A stretch of 64,000 bases of DNA. It comes from Candidatus Levyibacteriota bacterium (GTDB taxonomy: Bacteria > Patescibacteriota > Microgenomatia > Levybacterales > UBA12049). The notes beneath the pieces were generated by a model, which was given only the letters and a program-made list of their open reading frames with translations, ran no database searches and was not told where the DNA came from. Shown here piece after piece: positions 8,861 to 17,800 of this stretch. The translations under genes were made by a program, and so were the position numbers. Position 1 is the stretch's first letter. Every line of letters starts with the position of its first letter. The stretch spans positions 295,159 to 359,158 of the forward strand of contig CAWBPM010000002.1 of NCBI GenBank assembly GCA_963790825.1, read 5' to 3'.

Positions 8861-11266
8861 GTGAACTACTCTAATAGGGGGTTAAGAATTTTACTGAGAT
8901 TTACAGTAGGAAATAAAATGAAAAGATATTTGCTTCAAAAATTGGCTCTTTTAGTGATCGGGTTTTTTATGTTCCCCTCTGCTTCTTTTGCTTATACAAC
9001 CAATATGAACGCCTCAGTTGTTTTAGGGCAAACAAGCTTTAGTACGAATTCTACAGGTACAACCTCCAGTACTCTTAACGGTCCTAGAAATCTTACTATT
9101 TGTAATGGTAAGTTAATTCTTGCTGATTTAACTAATTCTCGAGTACTTATTTGGAATTCTATACCAACACAGAACGGGCAAGCAGCAGATGTCGTAGTCG
9201 GACAACCTGACTTTACAAGTAACACGATAAATAATGGTGGTATTAGCGCTGCAACATTGAATAAGCCGTTAGCTGTCGGCTGCTTTGGTAACAAACTATT
9301 CATTGCCGATACAGAAAATAGTCGTGTTTTGATTTATAACTCGATTCCTACCTCAAATGGAGCCTCAGCAGATGTCGTAGTCGGACAACCTGATTTTTCT
9401 CATAACACTGTCAATAATGGCGGAATTGGAGCGAATACATTAAATAGACCACATGGAGTAACGTCGGATGGACAAAGATTATTTATTTTAGATGCCGATA
9501 ATCGACGACTACTCATATTCAATTCAATACCAACCACAAATAATGCATCGGCAGATACTGTGATAGGGCAGACAAATTTTACAAGTAATGGCATAAGTTG
9601 TTCGGCTAGCGGGTTTGATCATGAAGCACTCGGTGTATACGTATATGGAGGTAAAATTGTCGTTGCACAAACGTTTTTAACTAGCCTGGGCGCCTCTGGT
9701 CACAGAGTTTTAATTTTTAATAGCATTCCGACGAGCAACGGCGCTTCCGCTGATGTTGTCATTGGCCAGTCTAGTTTTACTGATTGTTCATCATATGCAG
9801 GCACTGCAGCGAATACCGTAGATAGGCCTTTTGGAGTCTTCGTAGATTCTAAAGGTAGACTCTATATTGGTGATAGAGGAAATCAAAGAGTTTTAGTTTT
9901 TAATACAATTCCCTCATCAAATAAAGCTTCCGCAGATTTGGTGATTGGTCAACCTAATTTTACTAGCAATAGTGTAAATCAAGGACAAGCTTCTCCTGGC
10001 GCAAATACTTTAAATGGTGCTGCTTATATTACGGGTACAGACACACAATTATTTATTACAGACAGTACGAACAATCGTGTCCTCATTTACAACGACATAA
10101 CGAGTAACCCATCAATGTCCCTCGGCAACAACATCTCTTCCTCACCTAATGGGAATAATAAATTGCGTTTCACCGGAAGTGCCTCTGTAGATTCTCCCTA
10201 CACCGTCAAAAGTGTCCAATATCAAATCAATGGGGGTGGTTGGAATAATGCAACACTGACAAACAGCAATGCACAAACAACCTCCTTTTACTTTGACTTC
10301 TCACCAACTGACAACAACTATTCTGGAGACGGGTATACCATCCAAGTACAAACGACAAGCAACAATCAGGATGTGAAGAGCAACGGCTTTTATTTCACCC
10401 CATTCAACTTGAATAGTCCAGGAAACAATGCATATACCACCAGTACCACACCCACTTTCTCTTTCTCCATCAACCAAGGGAGATTCACAGACCTCTCCAG
10501 TAACCTCGATCACTTCCAAGTGCAAGTACAAAAGATTAATGATGTCAATGGTAACCATTTGAGTAGTAGCTGGCAAACTTACATTGACAACATCCCCGTC
10601 AGTTTCCAGAATAATAAGAACAATTCACAGAATCTGCAACAAAACAGCAGCAATACATATGAAACGACTAAATTCCTTGCTACCTACAGTAGTGACAACA
10701 GCAACATCAGTGTTTATGCCAAACCAATTGACAGTACAGGCAACACCACTGGAAATACCTCATTTGACCAGGGTGGAACAGTCCTGTCTTCTGGAACTTA
10801 CCAATGGCAGGTAGTTGCTATTGATAAATCAGGACACCAACAAACAACAGGCAGTAATACCCTTCGAGTCAATAGTCTGATTACCAATACAACCGGAGCA
10901 ACAATTCACTTTCCCCTTTCTATTCTCTATCTTTCAACTCTTGGCAACGTGAATCTCTCAACGGATTATTCCCAAGGAATCAAATCAACCTATACTATCT
11001 ATAATACTGCACCAACCTTCTACGGGATTGCCTATGCAGGAGCAACAGTCACCCTTACTCTAACAGACAGTGTATGTGTCACATCGTCCTCAAGCACAAC
11101 ACTATGCACAAAAACCTATACTACAACTGCAAATCCTGATTCGAGATTTGGGATCAATATCCCAACGGGAGATTTAAATAGAAACAAAACGTACACTGTT
11201 AACATGAATGTGACACAGAACGGGAACTATAATGAACTGCCTGAGTTTTCCCTCAAAGTACTCTAA
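8861..11266 (+). CDS. Large secreted NHL-repeat (beta-propeller) protein with C-terminal Ig/fibronectin-like Ser/Thr/Asn-rich domains
   Basis: Signal peptide, then at least seven repeats of the form NSRVLI(W/Y)NSIPTxNGxxADVVVGQPDF(T/S)xN (NHL-type blades), then beta-rich low-complexity domains. Transcribed divergently from the T4SS operon. Confidence 0.7.
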   Translation: MNYSNRGLRILLRFTVGNKMKRYLLQKLALLVIGFFMFPSASFAYTTNMNASVVLGQTSFSTNSTGTTSSTLNGPRNLTICNGKLILADLTNSRVLIWNSIPTQNGQAADVVVGQPDFTSNTINNGGISAATLNKPLAVGCFGNKLFIADTENSRVLIYNSIPTSNGASADVVVGQPDFSHNTVNNGGIGANTLNRPHGVTSDGQRLFILDADNRRLLIFNSIPTTNNASADTVIGQTNFTSNGISCSASGFDHEALGVYVYGGKIVVAQTFLTSLGASGHRVLIFNSIPTSNGASADVVIGQSSFTDCSSYAGTAANTVDRPFGVFVDSKGRLYIGDRGNQRVLVFNTIPSSNKASADLVIGQPNFTSNSVNQGQASPGANTLNGAAYITGTDTQLFITDSTNNRVLIYNDITSNPSMSLGNNISSSPNGNNKLRFTGSASVDSPYTVKSVQYQINGGGWNNATLTNSNAQTTSFYFDFSPTDNNYSGDGYTIQVQTTSNNQDVKSNGFYFTPFNLNSPGNNAYTTSTTPTFSFSINQGRFTDLSSNLDHFQVQVQKINDVNGNHLSSSWQTYIDNIPVSFQNNKNNSQNLQQNSSNTYETTKFLATYSSDNSNISVYAKPIDSTGNTTGNTSFDQGGTVLSSGTYQWQVVAIDKSGHQQTTGSNTLRVNSLITNTTGATIHFPLSILYLSTLGNVNLSTDYSQGIKSTYTIYNTAPTFYGIAYAGATVTLTLTDSVCVTSSSSTTLCTKTYTTTANPDSRFGINIPTGDLNRNKTYTVNMNVTQNGNYNELPEFSLKVL

Positions 11267-11482
11267 GCTAGACTGGCTAACCTAACAGTCAAAATGGACG
11301 AATAAAGAAAATGTAATTACGGATGGATGTATCCGGAATGTCGAAATTTGCATCCGGACATTTTTGTCAGGGGAACCTTGGTAAAGTAATCCCTGAAATC
11401 AAACTGTCTACCGCTGTTTTCAATAAATTCATTGATTTCGTATTTAATTTCCTAACTGATATATAATAACTAACAGACAAAG

Positions 11483-12172
11483 ATGACAAAGGAGCTTTTA
11501 ACATCCCATCCCAGAAGGATCAATTTGGAAGAGGTTGATAAGTCACTGACTAGAGTAGTTGTGCACTGGAAAAGAATTGATAACGAGTTAGATAGTATGA
11601 AAATCGGTAGAAAAGAGCCTCCCTTTACTATGCAAGTGAAAGACCAGATGATATCAGGTTATGTTCATTTAGATGACTTACTTTCCCAAGGTGTAAGACC
11701 ATTTTCAGATGAAAGTATCTCTGAAATGCTTAAATTTAACAACAGGATTCATTATGGTACGGATACACAATTAATGACAGAATATGACTCTGCAATCTCA
11801 GCCAATGCAGAAAGATATTACAAACGAATTAATCCTATCAAGGACTGGTATGCAGCACATGAAGTCAAAGGGCATCATCCGTATGAATTGGCTGCTGAAA
11901 TATACGTAGCGATTTTAGGACGTCCACAGTTGTTTATAGAAGGAAATCACAGGGCAGGGACTTTAATAGCCGATTACATCCATGCTTTTTTCGGACATCC
12001 GATATTTGTGCTTACAGTGAGAAATGCATTAGACTTTTTTGAACCGGCTGGTAAAATAAAACATTTTTATAAAGCATCCGCTTGGCAGAAGCTAAACCCG
12101 CCAGAGTATAAAAAACGGTTCGGAAAGTTCTGGAGAGAGCATATTGACCATAGGTACTTGTTGCCAGAATAA
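11483..12172 (+). CDS. Fic/Doc-fold domain protein with a degenerate active-site motif
   Basis: QLFIEGNHRAGTLIADYI aligns to the Fic motif HPFxDGNGRxxRLL, but the catalytic His is replaced by Gln and the second Gly by His. Confidence 0.3.
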   Translation: MTKELLTSHPRRINLEEVDKSLTRVVVHWKRIDNELDSMKIGRKEPPFTMQVKDQMISGYVHLDDLLSQGVRPFSDESISEMLKFNNRIHYGTDTQLMTEYDSAISANAERYYKRINPIKDWYAAHEVKGHHPYELAAEIYVAILGRPQLFIEGNHRAGTLIADYIHAFFGHPIFVLTVRNALDFFEPAGKIKHFYKASAWQKLNPPEYKKRFGKFWREHIDHRYLLPE

Positions 12173-12222
12173 TATACTTGAATTTATTGAAAAACAAAGT
12201 ATAATGCGAAACGGAATCTTAT

Positions 12223-12489
12223 ATGAGCCAAGAAAGAAAATGCGGGCAGTGTAGTTTTTTTGATCCAATGCAGGTAGACAAAACAACACCCTTCGGCGCA
12301 AAAAATTTAGATAATGGTCAGATAGTCCGAAAGGGTGTATGCAGAGTCAATAAAGGATTGCGTTTCGGAATATTGGATGAAACAAGAGATTGCAGACAGC
12401 AACCACCTCAGGAGCATTTTATTGCAATAAATAGTCGGCAGAAGGTAAATTCCTGTCCCACAAATCCATCATTGTCTACCTCAAACTAA
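12223..12489 (+). CDS. Small Cys-containing hypothetical protein (possible zinc-ribbon)
   Basis: CGQC...GVCRV spacing. 88 aa. Weak support only. Confidence 0.25.
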   Translation: MSQERKCGQCSFFDPMQVDKTTPFGAKNLDNGQIVRKGVCRVNKGLRFGILDETRDCRQQPPQEHFIAINSRQKVNSCPTNPSLSTSN

Positions 12490-12518
12490 CATGTAATAGC
12501 AGAGACTAATCTGAATAA

Positions 12519-12911
12519 TTATCTTTTGAAATGTTTGCGTGATTTTCTTAACCCATCTGTACCGTGAGTGTATTTTATAACTCCACGAAGTTGTCTCTTA
12601 CCCGATTCTTTATCTCTACGGAATACTGGATACATCATACCGTTTTTATCAAGGTCTATTTCTTTTACGATTCTTTCTTCCCCAGCCGTGTTCGGTTTTC
12701 TGACTCTATAGTATTTCCCTTTTCCATCGGGAAGAACATATAGAATATGGCGAGTCCTACTATCCTCTCCGGGGAAAAGGTCACGCATGTCCAGATCCAT
12801 TACCTCACTTGAATAGTTTCCGGCTTTAAGTAATTCATTGACTGCTAAATCGTCTGCCTGTTTATCAACTGTATCAATTGGTTGCTTTGCCCAAAAAAGT
12901 TCAATTGTCAT
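12519..12911 (-). CDS. Hypothetical protein
   Basis: 130-aa ORF with good coding appearance. Basic C-terminus. No recognisable motif. Confidence 0.4.
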   Translation of the reverse strand: MTIELFWAKQPIDTVDKQADDLAVNELLKAGNYSSEVMDLDMRDLFPGEDSRTRHILYVLPDGKGKYYRVRKPNTAGEERIVKEIDLDKNGMMYPVFRRDKESGKRQLRGVIKYTHGTDGLRKSRKHFKR

Positions 12912-13210
12912 GCCTGAGAGTATATCACATAACTTTAAATTACTAATTTATAACAAGTGTAGTTTACTACTTGATTTATTTTTTATTGAGTACTATCTTT
13001 ATTAACAAGACTTAAGAAAGTAATACTTTATCTTAGGTTGTTTGGTACAGATTGAACTTGACAGTCAATCTCTGCCTAAAAATCCCCGCATGTTTTAGAC
13101 AAAGCTCTTAAGTAAACAGAATATTATAGATTCTAAAAAGGTTTCGGGGCAGCCGGTATTATTTAGCTATACAAAGAATAGCATTAAGAATCCTAATATT
13201 TTCTAGTTTA

Positions 13211-13612
13211 TTAATTAATTTCTTGAAATAGACAAGTTTCTCCGTTGGCAAGACCAAGTATCCCGACATGAATAAAAAATTGTTTCCAATTATTTCCTAA
13301 GGCAATTCCTAAGTTTTCTTCTCCCTTGAATTTATCACAGCGGTAAGTTTTTATTTCGCTATTATACGAAATAACAAGCTTATAATCGTGATTATATTTA
13401 TTTAAATAACTTAAAGTTTGTATATCTCCGTCTCTTTTGTAAGTTGTTAAATCTGGTTCATACACTACTGACCCCATTTCTCTTTTTCCTTCCTGGTTTA
13501 TTCTGTACATTGCAACGAAAACATTGTAGGAAAATACGTTTAGTTCCGGTCTGTCTTCTATAGCCAAGGGTCTTGGTATAAAAGAATATAGGGAACCATT
13601 TTTTATATCCAT
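13211..13612 (-). CDS. Hypothetical protein, tandem paralog A (immunity-protein-like family)
   Basis: 133 aa. About 40% identical to the adjacent 13651-14073 product. Shared motifs ERPELNVF, YDPDL(T/S)TYK, DYKL(V/I)IS(Y/F)N and WK(Q/R)FF(I/L)HVG(I/L)LG(L/F)A(N/K)GET. Confidence 0.5.
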   Translation of the reverse strand: MDIKNGSLYSFIPRPLAIEDRPELNVFSYNVFVAMYRINQEGKREMGSVVYEPDLTTYKRDGDIQTLSYLNKYNHDYKLVISYNSEIKTYRCDKFKGEENLGIALGNNWKQFFIHVGILGLANGETCLFQEIN

Positions 13613-13650
13613 AATATTTCATCCCCCTCCACCTTAAAGATTTAAGACCT

Positions 13651-14073
13651 TTAGTTTGTTTGTTTAATTTCATCAAACAAATAGGTTTCTCCTTTTGCAA
13701 AACCCAGTAACCCGACATGTAGAAAAAATCGTTTCCAATCATTCTCCCCGTCAGCACAGCCTACAATTTTATCCTTATTGTATTTAGCGCAACTGTAAGT
13801 ATTCTTAACGGCATTAAAAGAAATAATAAGTTTATAGTCCTGATTGAAAATATTTTTATAACTTAAACTTTTAATATCACCGTTATCTTTATAAGTAGAT
13901 AAGTCGGGATCGTAAAAGACTGAACACACAACCATTTTTCCTTCCTCATTTAATCCGTGAGATGAAACAAATACATTAAAAGGGAAAACATTAAGCTCAG
14001 GTCTTTCTTTTATCTCTAAACGGGTTGGCAAAAAAACAAACAAAGAATCTTTATCGATACTTATCATACCCAC
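13651..14073 (-). CDS. Hypothetical protein, tandem paralog B
   Basis: See 13211-13612. AT-rich pair. Confidence 0.5.
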   Translation of the reverse strand: MGMISIDKDSLFVFLPTRLEIKERPELNVFPFNVFVSSHGLNEEGKMVVCSVFYDPDLSTYKDNGDIKSLSYKNIFNQDYKLIISFNAVKNTYSCAKYNKDKIVGCADGENDWKRFFLHVGLLGFAKGETYLFDEIKQTN

Positions 14074-14445
14074 CTCCTTTCCAACAAAAAACCTCTCCTG
14101 AAAGAGAGGTATAATACAAAAAAATTGTTTACCAAATTTTCTTGGTCAAATCCGTCCCTTTCCAAGGGCTGGGTTTGGCACCGCTTAATAATTACCGGTT
14201 GCCGGGTGGGTCACTGAGCCAGAACTCTCGCCACCGCTCTTGATTAATTGTTAAGCCTATTAAATAACTTTTTAAAGGCTTTGTCAATAATTCAATACTA
14301 AGGAGTTGTTTAGGCTCTTCTAGGCAAGAGTCAAGCATTCTTTATTCTCAGTCAGTTAGTTGAACTCGCGGAATCGGTAAATGTCCAAAACAGCGAGACT
14401 AATTTTAATGCTTTTTGTAAAGCTTTCCCTTCTCCTTGTCCCAAA

Positions 14446-14476
14446 TAAAGCCCTTTTTAGCCGCGTGGACAATTCT
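14446..14476. repeat. ~31-nt direct repeat flanking the abrB-doc module (copy 1)
   Basis: taaagccctttttagccgcgtggacaattct matches acaaagccatatttagccacgtggacaatctt at 15214-15246. Confidence 0.5.
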
Positions 14477-14499
14477 TTGTGTCCAATACAAAGAGAATA

Positions 14500-14892
14500 T
14501 TAGTTAATTCTTCTTGAGTTATTCATAATCCAATTACATATCTCCTCTATACCTATCTTTTTCGTTATAATTTCCAGAATGAATTTTTCTAATTCATTTT
14601 GAGATACCGTCAACTCAAACCCATTTTGTGCCAAAAAAATAATCATACTCACTGTTCCTGTACGCTTATTACCATCTATAAATGCATGGTTATTAACTAG
14701 CGAATATAGTAAGGCTGAAGCTTTTTCGAAAACAGAAGGATATAAATCTAGACCTGAGAAGGTTGTTTGAGGTCTAAATACTGCAGATTCAATTAAGGCT
14801 AGATCCCTTATTCCATGTGAACCACCATATCTATCAATTTGGTCCTCATGGATTAGAATAATTTGCTCAAGTGTTAAGTAAACAATATCCAC
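14500..14892 (-). CDS. doc: Doc (death-on-curing) family toxin, Fic-fold kinase
   Basis: Canonical Doc motif HAFIDGNKRTG. 130 aa. Immediately downstream of an AbrB-type antitoxin gene. Confidence 0.85.
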   Translation of the reverse strand: MDIVYLTLEQIILIHEDQIDRYGGSHGIRDLALIESAVFRPQTTFSGLDLYPSVFEKASALLYSLVNNHAFIDGNKRTGTVSMIIFLAQNGFELTVSQNELEKFILEIITKKIGIEEICNWIMNNSRRIN

Positions 14893-14897
14893 ATTTT

Positions 14898-15146
14898 CTA
14901 CTTTAGGGCAAGTTTTCTTAATGCATCCCCGTAGTGTTCGTTAACCTTTTTAAGTAAATCCAGAAATTCAGGAGTTAAAGAAGAACGTACTTGCTTCTCC
15001 CCCTTTTTACGAATAACCAATGATTTTGTTTGCGGATCTGTTTCGATAATAACTTGAGTTCCTGTTTCAAAACCGGTTTGCTCTAATAGCAGTTTTGGAA
15101 TAATAACTCCAGTTGAATTTCCAACTTGAATAATTTTTTGCTCCAT
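14898..15146 (-). CDS. AbrB/MazE/SpoVT-type antitoxin (Phd-equivalent partner of Doc)
   Basis: VGNSTGVIIPK swapped-hairpin signature. 82 aa. 5-nt gap to doc. Confidence 0.75.
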   Translation of the reverse strand: MEQKIIQVGNSTGVIIPKLLLEQTGFETGTQVIIETDPQTKSLVIRKKGEKQVRSSLTPEFLDLLKKVNEHYGDALRKLALK

Positions 15147-15147
15147 A

Positions 15148-15184
15148 GTTATAACATGTTATAACATATTTGGATACTTGTCAA
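15148..15184 (-). promoter_or_regulatory. Putative abrB-doc promoter and operator (two abutting palindromic GTTATAAC boxes overlapping the -10)
   Basis: gttataacatgttataac at 15148-15165, two bases from the start codon. TTGACA on the minus strand at 15179-15184, 15-17 nt upstream of TATAAC. Confidence 0.4.
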
Positions 15185-15213
15185 GAACCAGTATTGTAGC
15201 CCGACTTGTCATA

Positions 15214-15246
15214 AACAAAGCCATATTTAGCCACGTGGACAATCTT
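15214..15246. repeat. ~31-nt direct repeat flanking the abrB-doc module (copy 2)
   Basis: See 14446-14476. Confidence 0.5.
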
Positions 15247-15303
15247 CATGTTCAAAACGGAGAAGGGGATATAGATTCTAAAAAGGTTTCGGGGCAGCCG
15301 GTA

Positions 15304-15474
15304 TTATTTTCTTCTTCCTCTACCGCCGATATGACCGGCTTTCCGGGCTTCCTCAGAGGTAAATTCATGCGCTCTGCCAAGTCTGTGTGCTTCCTTACCA
15401 CCGCTTCGGGCTATTCGGCGCTGCCTGTCTTTATCCATTGAGCCAAAACCCCTCCGTTTAGTATTATTAGTCAT
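15304..15474 (-). CDS. KGG-repeat general stress protein (YciG-like)
   Basis: MTNNTKRRGFGSMDKDRQRRIARSGGKEAH...GHIGGRGRRK matches the KGG stress-induced family. The ORF-track start at 15525 is probably too far upstream. The 3-prime end overlaps the 38-nt repeat at 15272-15309. Confidence 0.55.
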   Translation of the reverse strand: MTNNTKRRGFGSMDKDRQRRIARSGGKEAHRLGRAHEFTSEEARKAGHIGGRGRRK

Positions 15475-15563
15475 AACTCTCACTATAAAGTTATCACGAA
15501 AAAAGTGCAAGTCCAAATATTCCAAACATGAATCATGACTGATCGCAGGGTAATTTAATACTA

Positions 15564-15603
15564 GGAGACCCTTCGTCTCCTCTGCGCAAGGGTCAAGATG
15601 AAC
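15564..15603. repeat. Inter-cassette element E1 (GC hairpin GGAGAC-N5-GTCTCC plus box GCAAGGGTCAAGATGAAC)
   Basis: Member of a mosaic family with copies at 14312-14340, 16372-16411, 17057-17110, 18358-18385, 18501-18536, 19251-19299 and 20056-20091. Confidence 0.6.
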
Positions 15604-15660
15604 TTAAGCTATCCACGAATGAATAAACTGTTACTTTAAATATTTACTCTAGGAGTATAA

Positions 15661-16311
15661 TTATTTCGTTTTCTCGTTTAGAATTTGTGAGATAACTTGT
15701 TGAGGGTCAGGAGTTTGCGGGTCTCGTTGAAAGCCCCATTTTCTATTAGTTTTTGTATAACCATGTCTATAGTACCAATGCGTTAGCTCTGAATCATCCA
15801 TTCCTCCATCACGAGCTGATGGATTGAGATATACTCTCAAGTTTTTGCTATCTGCTAAAGCATTTAGATTATCTAATAAGAAACTGCCTAACCCTCTGGC
15901 ACTTTTATATCCATATTCTTGAGGGAGCATACTTGTCATTGTGCGAATATATGTAAGATAAAGGGCCTTCTCCTTGCCATCTTCTTCTTCAATACTACCA
16001 AAATCTACTGATGCGACCGCATTTGGATCACGCAGTTGTTCTTCTATATGGCCAAATATTGAAGAACTCAAATCTCCAGACATTATCAATTCCCGCATTC
16101 TTACAGCTTGTTCTTGCCAATTGGGTACTCTCAATACCCATAATAATCTACCTATATGGGGGGGTAATTCTCCTTCAAATATATAAGGTAATCCCTTAAT
16201 AGCTACTTCTCTGGTAAATTTTAATGGTTCCGCACTTACAGCCTCATTGGCTGTTGGGAATTCATTTACTGATTCTTCCGACTTTGAAGGTAGTTCGCTT
16301 CGTAGATCCAT
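15661..16311 (-). CDS. GNAT-like N-acetyltransferase domain protein (possible GNAT toxin). Low confidence.
   Basis: C-terminal half contains ARGLGSFLLD, resembling GNAT motif A (R/Q-x-x-G-x-G/A). 216 aa. No obvious partner antitoxin. Confidence 0.35.
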   Translation of the reverse strand: MDLRSELPSKSEESVNEFPTANEAVSAEPLKFTREVAIKGLPYIFEGELPPHIGRLLWVLRVPNWQEQAVRMRELIMSGDLSSSIFGHIEEQLRDPNAVASVDFGSIEEEDGKEKALYLTYIRTMTSMLPQEYGYKSARGLGSFLLDNLNALADSKNLRVYLNPSARDGGMDDSELTHWYYRHGYTKTNRKWGFQRDPQTPDPQQVISQILNEKTK

Positions 16312-16371
16312 AAAACGAGTATACCAAAATTCGTTGTATCTTTCATTTAATTAAAAACAGTGCCAATATAA

Positions 16372-16411
16372 GGAGCCCCTTCGGCTCCTCTTTTCAAAGG
16401 TCAAGATGAAC
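16372..16411. repeat. Inter-cassette element E2 (hairpin GGAGCC-N5-GGCTCC plus TCTTTTCAAAGGTCAAGATGAAC)
   Basis: See E1. Confidence 0.6.
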
Positions 16412-16483
16412 GTGTATTTGTTTAAAATACGATTTGGCAATAGTTTAGCAAAGAGCAGTATTTAGTAAATTGGGTTATATAAA

Positions 16484-17011
16484 TTATTTGCCTGTAGGTT
16501 TGGATACTGAATCCTGAAGTTTGGCAATTGCAGCTCTCATTATAAGATGAGGCCTAGTGGAATATTGCTCTTCTAATCTATTTTCAATCTCTTCATCTGG
16601 AACTGAATGCTCCAATCCCCAGCCAGAAAATGTAATGTCCACCTCGAAATTGAATACTTGCTTAAGTCTCTCAGGCATTTTGGGATACTCATAATGCTTC
16701 ACACTCCAAGTATCTGAAATAACATCGCTTCCATTCATATTACATTCAGTATGACGGATAGTCTGCGATTGAGGGGTATACCACTGTGAGAGTTGACTGA
16801 GAGCTAGTTCATTACCAGTATCTCCTAATAACTCAATTGCGTGTAGTTGGCTTTCTATCTTTCGTTCTTTTCGGGAAAGCTTCCTAGTGATTCCGTTCCA
16901 GATAATTTTACCTTGTCCAATACGTATAAGATCTTGGACTTCTTGTGGAGCCGCAGTAAATTCCGGGTCTTCTTTATGAAATATTCTGCCAATTCTTTCA
17001 ACTAATGGCAT
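16484..17011 (-). CDS. Hypothetical protein
   Basis: 175-aa ORF with good coding appearance. No motif recognised. Confidence 0.4.
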   Translation of the reverse strand: MPLVERIGRIFHKEDPEFTAAPQEVQDLIRIGQGKIIWNGITRKLSRKERKIESQLHAIELLGDTGNELALSQLSQWYTPQSQTIRHTECNMNGSDVISDTWSVKHYEYPKMPERLKQVFNFEVDITFSGWGLEHSVPDEEIENRLEEQYSTRPHLIMRAAIAKLQDSVSKPTGK

Positions 17012-17244
17012 ATTTGATAGGAATATACTCCTTATGAGGCTGGCTTGTCAAATATACCGGCTATAAAAAGGGCTTAGCCCCTCTTCCGCAAGGGTTTCCG
17101 GCTTTGCTTCCAATAAATTAGGGCTTTCAGCCCGTCACCCTTGCATTATTCACCCCCTCTTTTGCTTCGCACATATCAGAAAGCAGGCCGCAGGCTGCTT
17201 TCTGGAATATATATTTTCCAAATATGAACAGCCGGAAGGGGGTG

Positions 17245-17350
17245 AAACACAAAAATATGCAATTACTTACAAAACAGTTACGGGAAACTATCCAGCCGTT
17301 ATATTCCACAGAGACGGAAGCCGATCCGGATGTGAAGTGTAAATTTTTTC
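17245..17350 (+). pseudogene. Truncated paralog (5-prime fragment) of the DUF2958 gene at 20213-20524
   Basis: Translates to MQLLTKQLRETIQPLYSTETEADPDVKCKFFLPG, against MNKQMMLLTKQLTQRLPKLYEQENNTDPMVICKFFLP. Preceded by the same ~55-nt hairpin-containing leader (17171-17228 versus 20140-20197). The reading frame terminates after ~35 codons. Confidence 0.4.
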
Positions 17351-17500
17351 TTCCCGGAAGAATTATTGAGAGGGATCAATAGGGAAGAATAATAAGCTTG
17401 CAGGTGACTCAAGTAGAGTTTTAATATAGAATAGATATTTCAGATGTACATTATGTACCTTATTGACAAAACGTAATAAATGGTATATAATAGCTGCATT

Positions 17501-17800
17501 ATGACAAGTATATCTACTATTAATGTTACCAAGGCCCGGGATAACTTGGCTGAAATATTGGGGAGAGTAAGATTTGGTGAAGAAACAATCACAATAGAAA
17601 AAAAAGGGAAACCTTACGCAGTAATCATAAGCCCTAAAGAGCTTAAAAGATATCAAGAAATAGCTAAAAAGGCATTTTCTACTACTGTGGCTAGCATTCG
17701 AGCAAAAAATACTGCTGTAAATGAAAATGAACTTATGGAAGATGTAACTAAAGCTGTTGAAGAAACTCGACAAGAACGATATGAACAACGAGGAAAATAA
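17501..17800 (+). CDS. Phd/YefM-family antitoxin
   Basis: TINVTKARDNLAEILGRV...ITIEKKGKPYAVIISPKELKRYQE is the Phd/YefM fold signature. Precedes and overlaps a PIN-domain gene. Confidence 0.7.
   Translation: MTSISTINVTKARDNLAEILGRVRFGEETITIEKKGKPYAVIISPKELKRYQEIAKKAFSTTVASIRAKNTAVNENELMEDVTKAVEETRQERYEQRGK

Noticed and set aside
15178-15441. 87-aa plus-strand ORF overlapping the abrB promoter and the KGG gene
   Set aside because: It overlaps a well-supported KGG stress-protein gene on the other strand, and covers repeat and operator sequence.
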